Made by a program: the position numbers and the translations under genes | Assembly (NCBI RefSeq): GCF_006345805.1 | Contig: NC_043000.1 | Coordinates: forward strand, 62,868,001 to 62,932,000 | Source of the DNA: Octopus sinensis | Lineage: Eukaryota | Direction of reading: 5' to 3' | DNA length: 64,000 bases | The notes under the pieces: model-generated | Databases searched by the model: none | What the model was told of the DNA's origin: nothing | What the model saw: only the letters and a program-made list of their open reading frames with translations | In this document: positions 13,584 through 26,026 of the stretch, in pieces | Position numbering within the stretch: the first letter of the stretch is position 1 | Layout: every line of letters starts with the position of its first letter

Positions 13584-14447
13584 TCAAGTCATCTCGTGAT
13601 CCAATCTTTTAGAATCTTCTTTGTGCCATAGAAAACTGCCGTTTTTTGGCGGTAGCTGTGCGATGTGTCTCCATTCTTGTTACAGCCAGATTACCTAGGA
13701 AGACGGTTAAGACAAGCACACAAGAACCTCCTTCGCCACGAATATAACACAATCGCTTCCAGTTATGTTGGGCCAGCCTCAGATTGCTGTATGGGTAAGC
13801 TTGTTGTAAACTCCAAGCAGTATGTCTCTCCCTATGTAATTATTGCTCTTATTATTTGTAAATACCAACACAGTTTAACTTTATGTGCAATAATAAAATC
13901 TTCGGCTAAATGTTCGCTGGTGTTGTCAGTTACTTCTTTCACGTAGCCCAACAAACACATTTTTATTCATCAACTCAACCAGTCGTTACCACAGCTACCA
14001 GCAGCCAACGAACGCACTCGCGACATTACTTCTAATTCTTTGCTGTAGATGTACGTAGAAATTTGCTTATATGCAAATCTTGTCTCTCTTTGAAAAGCAT
14101 GTCCACATCTATGTGAGTTGCTATTGCTCAAATGCCATATTGAACAGCTAAGCAAACGAATATCTCCTTTTAAAGTACGTATTAAGATTTTATTACGAAA
14201 TTATACAAACAATTTCTTCAATTAAAAAACTTCGATTTCATCTTGAAGCCATTTGTTTTTTTACTTTTTATGTTATAGTTTGTAAAACATGCGCGGGCAC
14301 TTTGCTTGCAGGTATTTAATTATGAGTTTATTCAATGTAACCGTTTTTTTTTTTCGTGTCTGGAAAGTATACTGTGCAGCCCAGAATAAACACAAGGTCT
14401 TCTGGAGATAAACTAAAATGGATCCGTTGAAAAAGATCAGAGAAAAA

Positions 14448-14833
14448 TCTCTCTCTATATAAACGGCAGTTTGTCTGTGCGTGTTTCTGTGTGTCTGTTT
14501 GCTTGTACCTTCACCCTGACCACGGCTTTCAACCGATTCTGATGAAACTTGACACACACATAGCCCAATGTCATAATTCAAAACTAACGCAGCGAAAATT
14601 TTGAAAAGTTCCCCCAGTTCTGAAAAAAATCGATAAATTCGACATGGGGTCGAGAATCAAAAAAAACAAACCACAGACTGTCTAGGGGACGCAACTCAAC
14701 CTTTTTTTACTCTCAAAAAAAATTTACCATCATTTTTTTTCCATTTTTTTGCTATTTTTTGGCTATAACTCTCTAAAAATGCTTTATAGTTATTTCCCTT
14801 ACAAACCTGAGCAACGCCGGGCGATACTGCTAG
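14448..14833 (+). mobile_element. Non-autonomous Helitron, family H1
   Basis: A|TC start and CTAG|T end, with a subterminal hairpin cctgagcaacgccggg just upstream of CTAG. A near-identical copy lies at 38108-38489. Confidence 0.85.
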
Positions 14834-15933
14834 TTTTCAATAAATAAACGATTTAATGACGTTTTTTTTTTTTTTTTTTTTTTACTTAACTCAGTGAAAA
14901 AAAAAACCCCACGATTGTTTCCGCATTTCATAAATAATGATTGTAAGGTATACTTACTAATGTATCCAAAACAATGAACGACCTATTAGACTAGTCTAAA
15001 ATGATAAAGAAATTTTAAATCTTGTAATTTAGACATATTTTAAATAAAAATATTGCTTTCATTACTTAATTTGAATACTATCTTTACTCAAAACCCATTT
15101 CTCCCCACCCGCTTTCTCTCTCTTGTTCTCATTTAATGTAGTCACCCTCCGACTCCCCCCCCCCTTTTTTTTTGTCACTATCTTAAAACTTTATATCCAC
15201 TTCTTCATCACCGATTTTCGCCATTATGACAATATTCTTTTAATAACTATAATGTTAAAGAAACGAAGGAGATATTGTTCACATATAGCTAACCCACGTA
15301 ATTGTACATTTTACTAGTTCCACATTTTCGATTTTCTTATAAATGTTTCAAAGTTATTTCACTAATTTCTTCGTTTCCCTTTCGTATTTTTATAACTTTG
15401 GGACTATCTCTTACCCAGTACAAGCACAAACGCACACACACATTCTTTCATACTCATACACATTTTACTCTTGGACTTATTTTAGTCACTGAGCAGTGGC
15501 CAATGCTGTAACACCGGCTTCATTGACCTCAGTGCTTATTTTTATGTCAGTTATTTGATCGTTTTCTTTTGCTACAAGGAAGTACCCAACCCAATCCTGG
15601 TTATTAATAGGGGCAAAACAAGCACAAAGATGAGCACAGCCAATCGCTTTATAAGACAGCATTCTAAACTAGTTCCGTGTACCATATATATAAATCAAAT
15701 GATTTACATTGAAAAGCTGTCTTTCTTAGAATGATATTTTCTTATTTTATTAAAACTGCAATGTGTATATGTAGGGACGGACATTTATTTCGTAGAAATG
15801 TTATGATTCTATTTTCTTATCCGTTTTACGACAAATACTTTCTGTTTATTGACTTTTCTTCAATTCATAAACAGTATAAAATAATGTATAAGTATTAATA
15901 TCATTAATCCGTTGTCTCCGTCGTCTTTCGTCT

Positions 15934-16349
15934 CTCTTTTATTCTTTTACTTGTTTCAGTCATTTGACTGCGGCCATGCTGGAGCACCGCCTTTAGTCGA
16001 GCAAATCGACCCCAGGACTTATTCTTTGTAAGCCTAGTACTTATTCTATCGGTCTCTTTTGCCGAACTGTTAAGTTACGGGGACGTAAACTCACCAGCAT
16101 CAGTTGTCAAGCGATGTTGGGAGGACAACACAGACACACAAACACATACACACACATACATATATATGTATATATATATATATATACGACGGGCTTCTTT
16201 CAGCTTCCGTCGACCAAATCCACTCACAAGGCTTTGGTCGGCCCGAGGCTATAGCAGAAGACACTTACCCATGGTGCCACGCAGTGTGACTGAACCCAGA
16301 ACCATGTGGTTGGTAAGCAAGCTATTTACCACACAGCCACTCCTGCGCC
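15934..16349 (-). mobile_element. tRNA-derived SINE family A, well-preserved copy
   Basis: Minus strand starts ggcgcaggagtggctgtgtggtaa...gggttcagtc, has a central (TA/CA) microsatellite, and ends tgactgaaacaagtaaaaga. Many dispersed copies in the window. Confidence 0.85.
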
Positions 16350-17044
16350 TATAATTTATATTTAGTGAGTGCTACTTCTTCGTTTTCAGAAAAAAACTTT
16401 TTTCTTGTTATTCTTTACTCTGTTCAGAGCAACCAGTTTTGTAATAATCAACATTATTCTATTATACAATTAATGATACTTAGACAACTTTTGTTTTTCT
16501 GTACATATCTGTGATAGATAAAGAAGGCCCACTGGGAAAAAAAAAACGAGCAAATAACGAAAAAGGGGACAAAAAAGTTAACGAGAGAGAGAGAGAGTAA
16601 AAATAAAAAGATAACGGAAGTAATTTGTACGTTTCTCTTAGGGGATATTCGAAGAGCAAACTACTGGTGATAACAATCAGTACGCGCTAATGAAAACCCT
16701 GCATCACGAAGATCTCGAAGAGTAAATAACAAAATCCAATGGTACAATCTCTCAAAAATACATACGAAGTAAAGGAATGCATGTTTACTGAAGTAGGGGT
16801 GATGACATATTCCTGCCGCTCCTTATGATGGGGGATAAGGAATCAAAGACGCGAGATCTATTCCCAAGAGAATTTTCTGCGAGCAGGCAGGCATCGGTTG
16901 CCATGCAAAAAGAATTTCTTATGAATGTCCGGTGCATATCTATGAATGGAAGAGAGTAGAAGTGGCTCAGCTATACTAAGCTTTAATTGTACTTAAAAAG
17001 AGATTTATATTTCATCAACTTTTTCACGGCATGGTTTATTCTCT

Positions 17045-17332
17045 CAGTGATTCCCAAAGTTGGCAGTACTGCCCCCTTGGGGGAGGTGGAAAGTTGTGGG
17101 GAGGGGTCATTGAAGAAAAGTGGGTCGATAACGAGGTGGCCAAAAAACCCAAAATATATTAAAAAACCCCAAAATAATGGGTTAATTAGGTTAAATTTTA
17201 TTCGTAAAACACAGTTGTTTTGAATTTGCTGCAGAAAGTGGTCTGTGTTTGTGGTGGTGGTAGTGGAGGGTGGCTCGCAATGTGGGCCCGGGTGCCAAGG
17301 GGACGGCTGCCAGAAAAGTTTGGGAACCACTA
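17045..17332. mobile_element. hAT (Charlie-like) MITE
   Basis: Termini cagtgattcccaaagt and agtttgggaaccacta. No clean 8-bp TSD. Confidence 0.55.
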
Positions 17333-17899
17333 CTCTAACTGATTTCAGACATTAGATTACAGCCATAATTTTAGAACATCGTTTTCGAATTTTTCAGGCG
17401 ATCGTATCGAATTCAGTGCTTACTTTAATCTGGTATTTATCTTATCGATCTTTATTTATTGAATGGCTCAGTTATGCAAAACCACGCTCCGTATTACACC
17501 GGTACGCAAATACATAGACTCATACATGAATTCACGCGTGCGCGCACACACACACATACATGTACACACGCTCTTTTACTCATTTTATACTGATAGTTGT
17601 TTCAGTCACTGGAGACCGGCCATGCTGTAGCACCGGCATGAATGAATAACTCGATTGTATCGTTCCCCGGCACTTATTCTATCGTTCTTTCTACCGAAAC
17701 ATTTAATTACAGGAACGTAAACCAACACAAGTTGTCAAGTGATGGATGATAAACATAAATATACATCCATTCATACACGTATATAAGACTGATTTAAAGA
17801 CAACAGTTTCTGTCTAACGACTTTACTCATAAGGCTTGGTCGACGAACTTCGTAACCACACAGCTACACACAATTATTATTATCATTGTTATGGTGGTG

Positions 17900-18300
17900 A
17901 TTTGGCAGAACCGTTAGCACACTTAACAAAATACTTAGTGATATTTCGTCCGTCTTGACGTTCAGAGTTCAAATTCCACCGAATTCCGCCTTTCATCCTT
18001 TCGAGGTCGGTAAAATAAGTATCAATCAAGTACTGGGATCGATGAATCGAGTTCTTCCCCTCAAAAGCTGCTGGTTCTATGCTGAAATTTGAAGCCTTTA
18101 TTAGTTATTATCAAGGTAGCGAGCTGGTAGAACCGTTAGCGAGTCGAACAAAATGCTCTGCAACATTTTCGTCTCTTAACGTTCAAGCGTTCAAATTCCG
18201 CTGAGGTCGGCTTTGCTTTTCATTCTTTCGGGTGTCGATAAAAGAAGTACCAATTGAATAAGAAGTTCATTGCAATCGGGTTACTACTCCCTTAAAATTA
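17900..18300 (+). mobile_element. Two SINE family B copies
   Basis: ttggcagaaccgttagc...gagttcaaattcc...cctttcatcctttcgaggtcggtaaaataagta. Further copies at ~36580, ~45815, ~47925, ~49215-49500, ~50268 and ~55545. Confidence 0.75.
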
Positions 18301-19959
18301 GTGAGAGGTGGTAACATGCTCTTAGTTCAGAAGTTAACTTCCTGCCTATCAGTTTGTCAGCCTATCTTCGGATGCAGTTTAGTGTGTGTGTGTGTGTGTT
18401 TATAAAAACTTTTGCCAGCGGTAGTGTGCAGTGGGAGCAAACCTAGTCATATGGTTACAAAACGAACTTCTTAACCATACGGCTTACGCTTACGTCTATA
18501 GAGACAGATAAACTACCTATCCCTATAACGATAAGTAAACACATCAATGAATGTGTGTGTGCGTGTGTACTACGCTTATGAATTTATTACATTCAGAAAT
18601 TATAGAGCACTGTAGAAAATACATCAAAGTATTTAATTTCACCTCTATGACCGGCTTTGTATTTCATGCATGTTAAATATATACCACATGTGTACTAGGA
18701 TGTCATTGATTCCGATTTCTCCTACAAAGGTGTGGCCTTATCCCAGTGTGTACCGGTTACAAATTTCGTATGCCAGTATGTTGAATCCATTCGTTACTTA
18801 ATAGCTAAAATATTCATTTTCTGTTATTTCCTTGTTCGATATCCAACTATTGAACACTTAATTTTAAACTTTAATTCTAATATAAAACAATTATTAAACA
18901 CATTTTTATGCTAGATAAATTATATATCACAACACTTAGTTTAATAGTCACTTCCTTTACAGAAATAAAGTCACCCCCTGCTGGTTTTAACGATGATGTC
19001 ACTGAATGCTTTGAAGACAGACAATGGGCGCCAAGCCCAGTTGTCGTTTATTGTCAAGAATCTCACAAACTACTAGTTGCTATTCAACTCTGTGAAAAAT
19101 GGGAGGAAATTACAGGATTATACTTAATTCCTTCTTTAGCGTTTAAAGAAATACCACCTACTACATACTGCTAAATATTGACTTCCTGATTTGAAAGCTT
19201 AATCAGCCACCCACATGACTATAGAGGTATAGAGGCAGGTTTACTAGAAATACCAGCTATATCTTCTTGAAACAGGCAAGTCATACTGGATACGGTTTTC
19301 TTTGATATTCAATACCCATAAGGAAGATGTATGGTCATAGCAGAAATACCTTTTGATCGTAGGTCTGCAAGGCCATGACTAACCTTTATCTAAACTACAG
19401 CAATAACAACGTCTGGAATAAGACGAACAGGCTCATTAAAAAATTTTCCTACAGCGGCAAACTTTGAAATCTCTGTGTGAGATGATATTACAACTATAAT
19501 ACTGTTGATCAAAGATCTGTTCTATCAAAGACCACTGGGGCGGAGGATATAAAACACCAGCATATTTCAGGCCTTTAGGTATGGCCAGCTTTTCTATGGC
19601 TGTCCCATATTCGCGGTCTTGCTTGTGAATTCATAATTTTTGCAAATACTCGAGTTATTGGCTAAGTCTATTTTTATATCTCTCACTCATACGCATACAG
19701 TTTGTCATAAAGTATGTTATGTAGCAATGACGACAATCAAACAAGTAATCTGTGTACTTGGAGGTGAGTCAAAATCCACCACCAAACATCTTGAGGCTAT
19801 TCAAAATTATTTTGTTTGAAAAACTGATGAATGAAGTTTCATTTCTTAATCTAAAATTGTGAGTTCGTTTGAGCGAAGTTTTTAAAGGTATATTTTTTAA
19901 TTTTTAATTTTTTTTACAGCAAAAATATGTTATTATAATAAACAGAATTGAAAAAAACG

Positions 19960-20510
19960 GAAAGACTTCCGCCTGTTCCCCACCCATTTTCTCCCAAATT
20001 TATTTATTAAAAACATTTTTTTGCCAAAAATCCCCGTTTTCGGATACGGAGGTTCCGGAATTTTGCCAAAGATCGGCATTGTGAAAATTTTCCCCCCTTT
20101 CCCCCCAACTTATTCAATGTTGACTTTTTAACCCCAACACTAACCCTAAAACCCTAACCCTAAAACCTCAACCGTAAGTGCAGAAATGTTTTGAAATTTT
20201 TGTCCGAATCATAATGTCCGTATTTTTCCGCATATTTATAAGAAAAAATTCTTAAAAAAAGATTTTACAAAAATGTTTGGAAATTTTTTTCAGAATCTTA
20301 ATCTTCGTATTTTTCCGCATATTTTGAAAAAAACATTCTGAAAAAGGTAAAAAAAAAATGAAGGAAATGGCGGGGTGGTAATTTAGAAATGCCGATTTTT
20401 GACAATTTTTTTTGCAGATTCGTATTCCCCGTAGCCGAAAAGTGGGGTTTGTGTCGAAAAAAACCCCAACTTTTATTAAGGGTGGTTGGGGGGGGGGGTC
20501 TTGCCGAAAA
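19960..20510. mobile_element. Foldback/MITE-like element with imperfect long inverted arms and a telomere-like core
   Basis: ccccgttttcggatacggagg...gccaaagatcggcatt (20032-20080) is mirrored by aatgccgatttttgac...ccccgtagccgaaaagtgggg (20388-20447). Centre contains taaccctaaaaccctaaccctaaaacc. Termini are unclear. Confidence 0.4.
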
Positions 20511-20696
20511 AACTTAGTTGTAGTAAGCATCACCCAGCCATCAGACAGTTCTCTCTCGTAATTTTAAACTATAGATCACCTCATTACGTATAAGTGTGTC
20601 TCGCTGAGAAGAGAGGAGATGCTAGTGTGCACACGCAAGCTGAAAGGATTTGCAAGAGACGGAGAAATTAGGCTTAATATAATATAGACAAAATAG

Positions 20697-21596
20697 GGAT
20701 CTTTTCCTTTTGATGGACGGAATTTCTAGTTAACTAAACAATTTGAAACTTCGTATACTGGTAGAATGTGTCAAAAGAAAATATTATTTTCATTTGGCTT
20801 TTTTGAGAAAATTGTAATTTGTAAGTTTAACGTAGTTTAATTCTTCGAATTTTAACCAATGAATTGCCAGCATTTGAGCTCAAATCATTTGCTGCGTTAT
20901 CGATATTGATAAACAAACGAGGAGACGCACGCCGCATACACACACACACATGTATTCAGATACATACACACGTACACTTGCACACACACACACACACTCT
21001 CTCTGTCACTCTCTCTCAAACACATGCATATACATTTGCACAAGCACATAGTAATTAATATATAAGCGTACACACACATACAAACGGACACACACATACG
21101 CACACAAGCATACATACAGGTTTGTGAGTTCGCACTGGTGTCGATAGAATCGACTTAATACTTTTGTCTGGGGGATCAATGTTTCATCGTTTCGGGGTCG
21201 ATAAATTAAGTACCAATTACGCACTGGTGTCGAGGATTTTTTCCCAATTTATATCACAGCCTCCGACAAGCTGGGGCATCCTTTTATGAAAAAAATATTT
21301 CACAAATTTTTACAATACGACCCACACTCCACGCGCACCCTCATATCCCACTCTAGACCGATTTAGGCATATTATTGTTTTGTTTTTGTTGTTTTTGGCC
21401 CTTCAAAACCATGGGAGAAGCCTTTTCGGTAAAAAAAAATAAAGAAAATATTCAAAAAATATCGTTAATTTTTTATTGGGCGACGAAATTCATCGATTTA
21501 AGAAATATGGCCGTTATTTCTAGCACATGCCTCCTTTGTTTATCAATATCGATGAGCGAGACAGAGAGAAGGATGAATAACACGTGTGTGTGTGAG

Positions 21597-21634
<38 letters not shown>

Positions 21635-21870
21635 TTACGTTGCAACAGGATGTTGTCTGAGTTTTTAGACGCAGCAAATGATTTGCGCTCAAATGCTGGC
21701 AATTCATTGGTTAAAATTCGAAGAATTAAACTACGTTAAACTTACAAATTACAATTTTCTCAAAAAAGCCAAGTGAAAAATTTTTTTTCCTTTTGACACA
21801 TTCTACCAGTATACGAAGTTTCAAATTGTTTAGTTAACTAGAAATTCCGTCCATCAAAAGGAAAAGATCC
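20697..21870. mobile_element. Non-autonomous long-TIR DNA transposon (GGATC termini, 8-bp TSD; MULE/Merlin-like)
   Basis: Near-perfect TIRs of ~200 bp or more. TSD CAAAATAG at 20689-20696 and 21871-21878. No transposase. Confidence 0.85.
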
Positions 21871-22392
21871 CAAAATAGTCCTATTGGTTCGTAAAACAAG
21901 CTTGAAACTCGCCAGAAAACTTAAATAGTCACTCGATTTATGCAGTGTAGCAACCAAATATTTCCTAACATAGGTTTTATTAATTTACAATGGATATCAA
22001 ATGTTAAAACTCTAAATACTTCGAAAATATATCTCGTAATAAAGTAAATTACGCCTAGAAATATAATTCGAATATTTTGTCCAGTTGACGTACTTCATGC
22101 CGTGCATTTGTTCAAGCTGAGCAAACCTATTCAGCAGCAATAATAATAATGGTAATCGATTCTTTATAGCAATGGTTCTCAAATGGTGGGCAGCTTTGCG
22201 CATAAATGATTAATTTACTGATAACAAGCAAATCACTGTCAGCATTGACGAAATAAATAGCTATAAGCTTATCTTCCACTAAGGATAGACAATCGCGAAT
22301 ACATGACCGGTGGAGAAAGTTCCAACTAAGATTGAAACCAGTTCTCTTTTTCTATCTACGGAGAAATAACAATATATATAAATAATGTACAA

Positions 22393-22719
22393 AGAGATGA
22401 GGAATTATGTACATTATTTACATTTGACGGATGTGTGTCCTCATCTTGTTTGTTGTTAACACACCGTTTCGGCTGATATACCCTCCAGCCTTCATCAGGT
22501 GTCATGGGGAAATTTCGAACCTGGGTTCTCATTCCTAAGGTATTTTTCGTTGTTGTTGTTGTTGTTATTCAGGTCACTGCCTGGAATCAAGCAGGGAATC
22601 TGGGGGTTAGTAGCCCGCGCTCTTAACCACTACGCCATATGCCCACGTGCATATGGCGTAGTGGTTAAGAGCGCGGGTTACTAACAAGATTCCGAGTTCG
22701 ATTCCAGGCAGTGACCTGA

Positions 22720-22758
<39 letters not shown>

Positions 22759-22806
22759 TAAACAAACAACATGAGAACAAATATCCGTCAAATGTAAATA
22801 ATGTAT
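22393..22806. mobile_element. tRNA-headed, hammerhead-bearing non-autonomous element as a head-to-head palindrome
   Basis: Two inverted tRNA-like heads (A box TGGCGTAGTGG; B box GAGTTCGATTCC intact in the right arm) meet at 22643-22648. The left arm carries the hammerhead and tail; the right arm keeps only the tail. Confidence 0.75.
22458..22503 (-). ncRNA. Type I hammerhead motif (one core substitution)
   Basis: GACAC-CUGAUGA-A-GGCUG(10 nt)CAGCC-GAAAC-GGU-GUGUU. U16.1 is G in this copy. Confidence 0.6.
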
Positions 22807-23138
22807 ATATATATTAAAAAACATAATAAATACACAAACAAACAGAAAACAGACACAGAAGGTCGCCAAATCCTCACCAGTTATCGGCCAGAGGGTCAAA
22901 CATAATTTCGTGCCTTCAACGATAATATTGGTCCCTTTGGTGACACCGGCAGCAAGAAACCACCAGGAAATGGCGAGCCAACGAATAAGGGGCCAAACAT
23001 GACAGAAAGTGAACAAACAAGAAATAAACAAATACGCAATACAGAAAATGATCATGCAAATATGAAGTAAATATGATTTAAGACGAGGGGCAAAGACGAA
23101 AATAAACAAGATGAAATGTAGACATACGAACAAACTGA

Positions 23139-23149
23139 TGTGTGTGTGT

Positions 23150-23196
<47 letters not shown>
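23139..23196. repeat. (GT)n microsatellite
   Basis: Direct reading. Confidence 0.95.
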
Positions 23197-23198
<2 letters not shown>

Positions 23199-25206
23199 TA
23201 TATTTGATTGGATACTGAAGGACGAAATACTGACATGCTAACGATAATTTAAGCAAATAATACATGTAATTCCCATTTACTTCTGAGGAAAATGAAATTA
23301 TCTACCAATTTTGAGAAAGGTCTTTCCAATCTTGGCGTAATTTGTGGTTAATTTTCAGTTCATTCGTTAAGTGAATATTTAGTCTACATCATTGTTTTTT
23401 TTCTCTCTCTTTTCTCTGCGTCACCTACTATATATATGTATTAATATAGCATACATGTGAAACGAAGTGTAAGCAAGTTATGAAGGGCGTTGATGGAAAA
23501 AGTTGAAAGCATGTAGTAGAAAGAATTTTAGTACAAATATTATCTGACTCACTCCTAATAGGAGGTAATTGCACGTTGCTTAGCGTGGAAATAAATTAAT
23601 TATCGCAAAGTATTTTGAAATATATATGCAGAAATGCACCAGATTAAAGGGCAACCAAAAGAACCTTGACCTTCACTGCCTCTTATCTTCATTCAGCAGC
23701 ATTCTGTGCTAACAGAACTTCAAGATATTTCCTGCAACATATATGTTGTTAGATGTGATCATTGGCCTTTAAAATTAGTGTAATATTTATTTCACAAATC
23801 CTTAGATTTCAGAAAATTAATGTATTTTAAACTGTTTTCAAAGTTACGCTACCAGGCAAGTATTCCTGGCGGGCATGGACTGGTTCTCTTTCCAGATGAG
23901 CGATTCATCAATCATTAATTCAATTAGCTAGTTAAAGCATAAACTTGACTATTTCATATCGCAAAGACGTAAAGAACAAATAAATAAATAATAAATTAAT
24001 GTTAGGGTTTCAGTCGCAAAATTTGAGCTTTAAATATAAGGAGCTTTAAATATAAAGTTTTCTATCAGCAAGACCTGGTTTCTCAATATATTAAGTCTCT
24101 AACAGACAAACAGTCGGGTTTTTTTTTGTTGCGTCCCCATCTCCCTTCCTGTTTTGTTAAAACTGATTGAGAAAAACTTAGTTCAACAGTTTCCATATAA
24201 GACCTGGTACAGGCCATGTCCAAATATGACATCGGATGTTCTTCCAACCACTTAGGAAAGTGGACAGAAATATAGAATTAATCTTAGTAACTTTTGAGAG
24301 AGTTGGCTTTGTATGTGTTTGTGAGCAGTAAATAAATTAGTAATTCCTACGTGTGGACATCATTCTACAGAGGTAATTTATTCAGAGAGATTTAAGAGAA
24401 AACGACATGACCTCGAAAAGTAACCCTCTTGTAGCAGTGATAGAGACATTAAATCATATTCATAAAGAAATATTGGGATCTTTTCATTTTGAAGGCCAGA
24501 TTTTTCAGATTTTTCTAGTTAACTAAATAATTTGAAACTTCGTATACTGGTAGAATGTGTCAAAAGAAAACATTAATTTCAACTAGTTTTTTTGAGAAAA
24601 ATGTATTTTATAAGTTTAAACGTAGTTTAAATCTGCGAATTTTAACCAATCGTATTGTCTGTTTTCATTTGAAATCATTAACTGCATAGTGTTACTGTGA
24701 CGTAGACAGCTATTTTGTGAAAATTTTAAACAGCGTGGGTAAGCAGTAAGCAAACAGCTGTGGTAGATGTGGTTATCATGGCAGTGGTGGTGGTGGTGTA
24801 GTTGTGACAGTGGATGTGTATGATGGCAGCAATTATAGTGTTGGTGTTTTTGTAGAGGTGGTGGCGGCAGTGGATGATGATAGTAGTAGTGGCATTGATT
24901 ATGTTAGGATGTCTCAGTGGTGGTTGTGAAGATGATTCTGATATTGATAGTCTTTGCATTGAGGTGGTGGCAGAGTCAGAGTAAATAATAAGAGCCCAGT
25001 TAACACAAGATTCTTAAATTTCGGAGATCATAAGATAGAGAGCAAGAAGTTAAAAGTTCCAATACTGGCCCAATTCCTACACCCCAGATTCTTCAACTAT
25101 TTTATAAGAAAGGGGTTAATGGCAGGATTGGGATTCAGCTTAAAAATAAATTGTATAACAAAAAATACATAAATAAATTACTGCTCCAACGATGTAGTTT
25201 TAGTAT

Positions 25207-25213
25207 ATGTGTA

Positions 25214-25270
<57 letters not shown>
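25207..25270. repeat. (GT)n microsatellite
   Basis: Direct reading. Confidence 0.95.
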
Positions 25271-25273
<3 letters not shown>

Positions 25274-25469
25274 GATCAAAACAGTTTGATTCAAATTCTG
25301 TGGTACTTATATATTCATACATACATATACATGTAGATGTATATAACATATATATATTGTATGTAAACATCTTTTATATATATATAATGTATGCATCTAT
25401 AATACACACACATTATAAATATATACACATATATGCATATGCATTAGAATATGTGTGTATAGGTGTATA

Positions 25470-25979
25470 TCTATATATATAAAACTGTAGTTGTGTGAGT
25501 GTCTGTCCCCTTCGATTTAGATTCCTAACTACTCCCACATTTTGCGGTGCAGTTTAACCAAATTGGGGTATCTTATAGTCGTGATTCATATCGAGCCCGT
25601 CTGAGTATTAGCGCGCGTCTACGATGAGTACGATTTAAAAAATAATTTAACATCATTTTTTATTCCATTTTAATGCATAATTTTTCGTGTGTCGATGGCG
25701 GCGGAGTTGGCGTCCATGGTCACACCTGCACCTGTTTGCTTCTCCCCCTTCTTCCCTCCCTCGTGAAGCTGTGGGGAAGGGAGTGTAAGGAAATCAACGT
25801 CGTAAAGCGTTGTCAAGGAGACCAGCGTTCTTTTAGAACAACGACTTCATGGCTTGAAGACACCAAAACAGAAATGGCTAAGAAAGCCCGAATTGGCATC
25901 TATAAGGGAAGTAACTCTCTAAAAATGCTTATATAGTTATTTCCATTACAAACCCGAGCAACGCCGGGCGATACTGCTA

Positions 25980-25980
<1 letters not shown>
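25470..25980 (+). mobile_element. Non-autonomous Helitron, family H2 (shares only the 3' end with H1)
   Basis: A|TCTATATAT start, CTAG|T end and hairpin cccgagcaacgccggg. The last ~70 bp match H1 while the remainder differs. Nested inside the 24476-26457 TIR element. Confidence 0.75.

Positions 25981-26026
<46 letters not shown>

Larger units (their letters stand above)
11930..13660. promoter_or_regulatory. CCAAT/E-box-rich promoter-like segment split by the Tx1 insertion
   Basis: CACGTG at 11954-11959, CCAATCAG at 11977-11984, a second CCAATC at 13601-13606 and TTTTGGCGG near 13645. Confidence 0.3.

Noticed and set aside
19727-19763. Plus-strand ATG exon MTTIKQVICVLG|gtgagt resembling a nucleoside-monophosphate kinase start
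   Set aside because: No downstream P-loop exon (GPGxGKG) was found; too short to support.
20140-20168. Interstitial telomere or chromosome fusion scar
   Set aside because: Only a few imperfect CCCTAA units, located at the centre of a foldback-like repeat.
22649-22720. tRNA gene
   Set aside because: A and B boxes are present but there is no acceptor stem or complete cloverleaf; it is a SINE-like head. The same applies to heads at 10691, 30280, 33370 and 51380.
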